The notes beneath the pieces are model-generated. The model was given only the letters and a program-made list of their open reading frames with translations, had not been told where the DNA came from and did not search any database. 27,465 bases of DNA, taken from the sequence record SRR31156797_1970; one strand, 5' to 3'. This document shows positions 27,420 through 27,465 of the stretch, one piece after another. How positions within the stretch are numbered: position 1 is the first letter of the stretch; each line of letters begins with the position of its first letter. A program made the position numbers and the translations under genes.

Positions 27420-27465
27420 GGAGAGATGGCAGAGCGGTCGAATGCGGCGGTCTTGAAAACCGTTG
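27420..27465 (+). tRNA. tRNA-Ser(TGA), 3'-truncated by the window edge
   Basis: GGAGAGATGGCAGAGCGGTCGAATGCG followed by anticodon arm GCGGT-CTTGAAA-ACCGT. Confidence 0.93.

Noticed and set aside
27420-27465. tRNA-Ser as an integration site for an island
   Set aside because: The tRNA 3' end and downstream DNA are outside the window, and no integrase is visible.

Overview
Bacteroidota (probably Bacteroidales-like) chromosomal window, judged from the TAnnTTTG promoters, porQ, the GWxTD protein and the reduced V-ATPase operon. In order: the 3' end of nnr; a BglII/BstYI-like endonuclease + MT-A70 methyltransferase cassette; a Na+-type V/A-ATPase operon (E-DUF2764-A-B-D-I-K) with a DUF3332 lipoprotein gene between DUF2764 and A; an O-antigen-ligase/TPR protein; a lone lycopene-cyclase-family gene coupled to a flavin-reductase-family gene; the homogentisate cluster hmgA-hppD-fahA without maiA; porQ; two exported thioredoxin-fold proteins; a TPP-riboswitch-controlled TonB-dependent receptor; DUF434; aroQ; a GT2; a GWxTD protein; and a truncated tRNA-Ser(TGA). 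The least explained element is the 338-nt gap between fahA and the flavin reductase gene. It holds an 83-nt perfect four-way-junction fold with an alternative two-hairpin fold, an overlapping Phe-rich 17-codon uORF and a heptamer repeat. All calls come from reading motifs by eye; no database searches were run.
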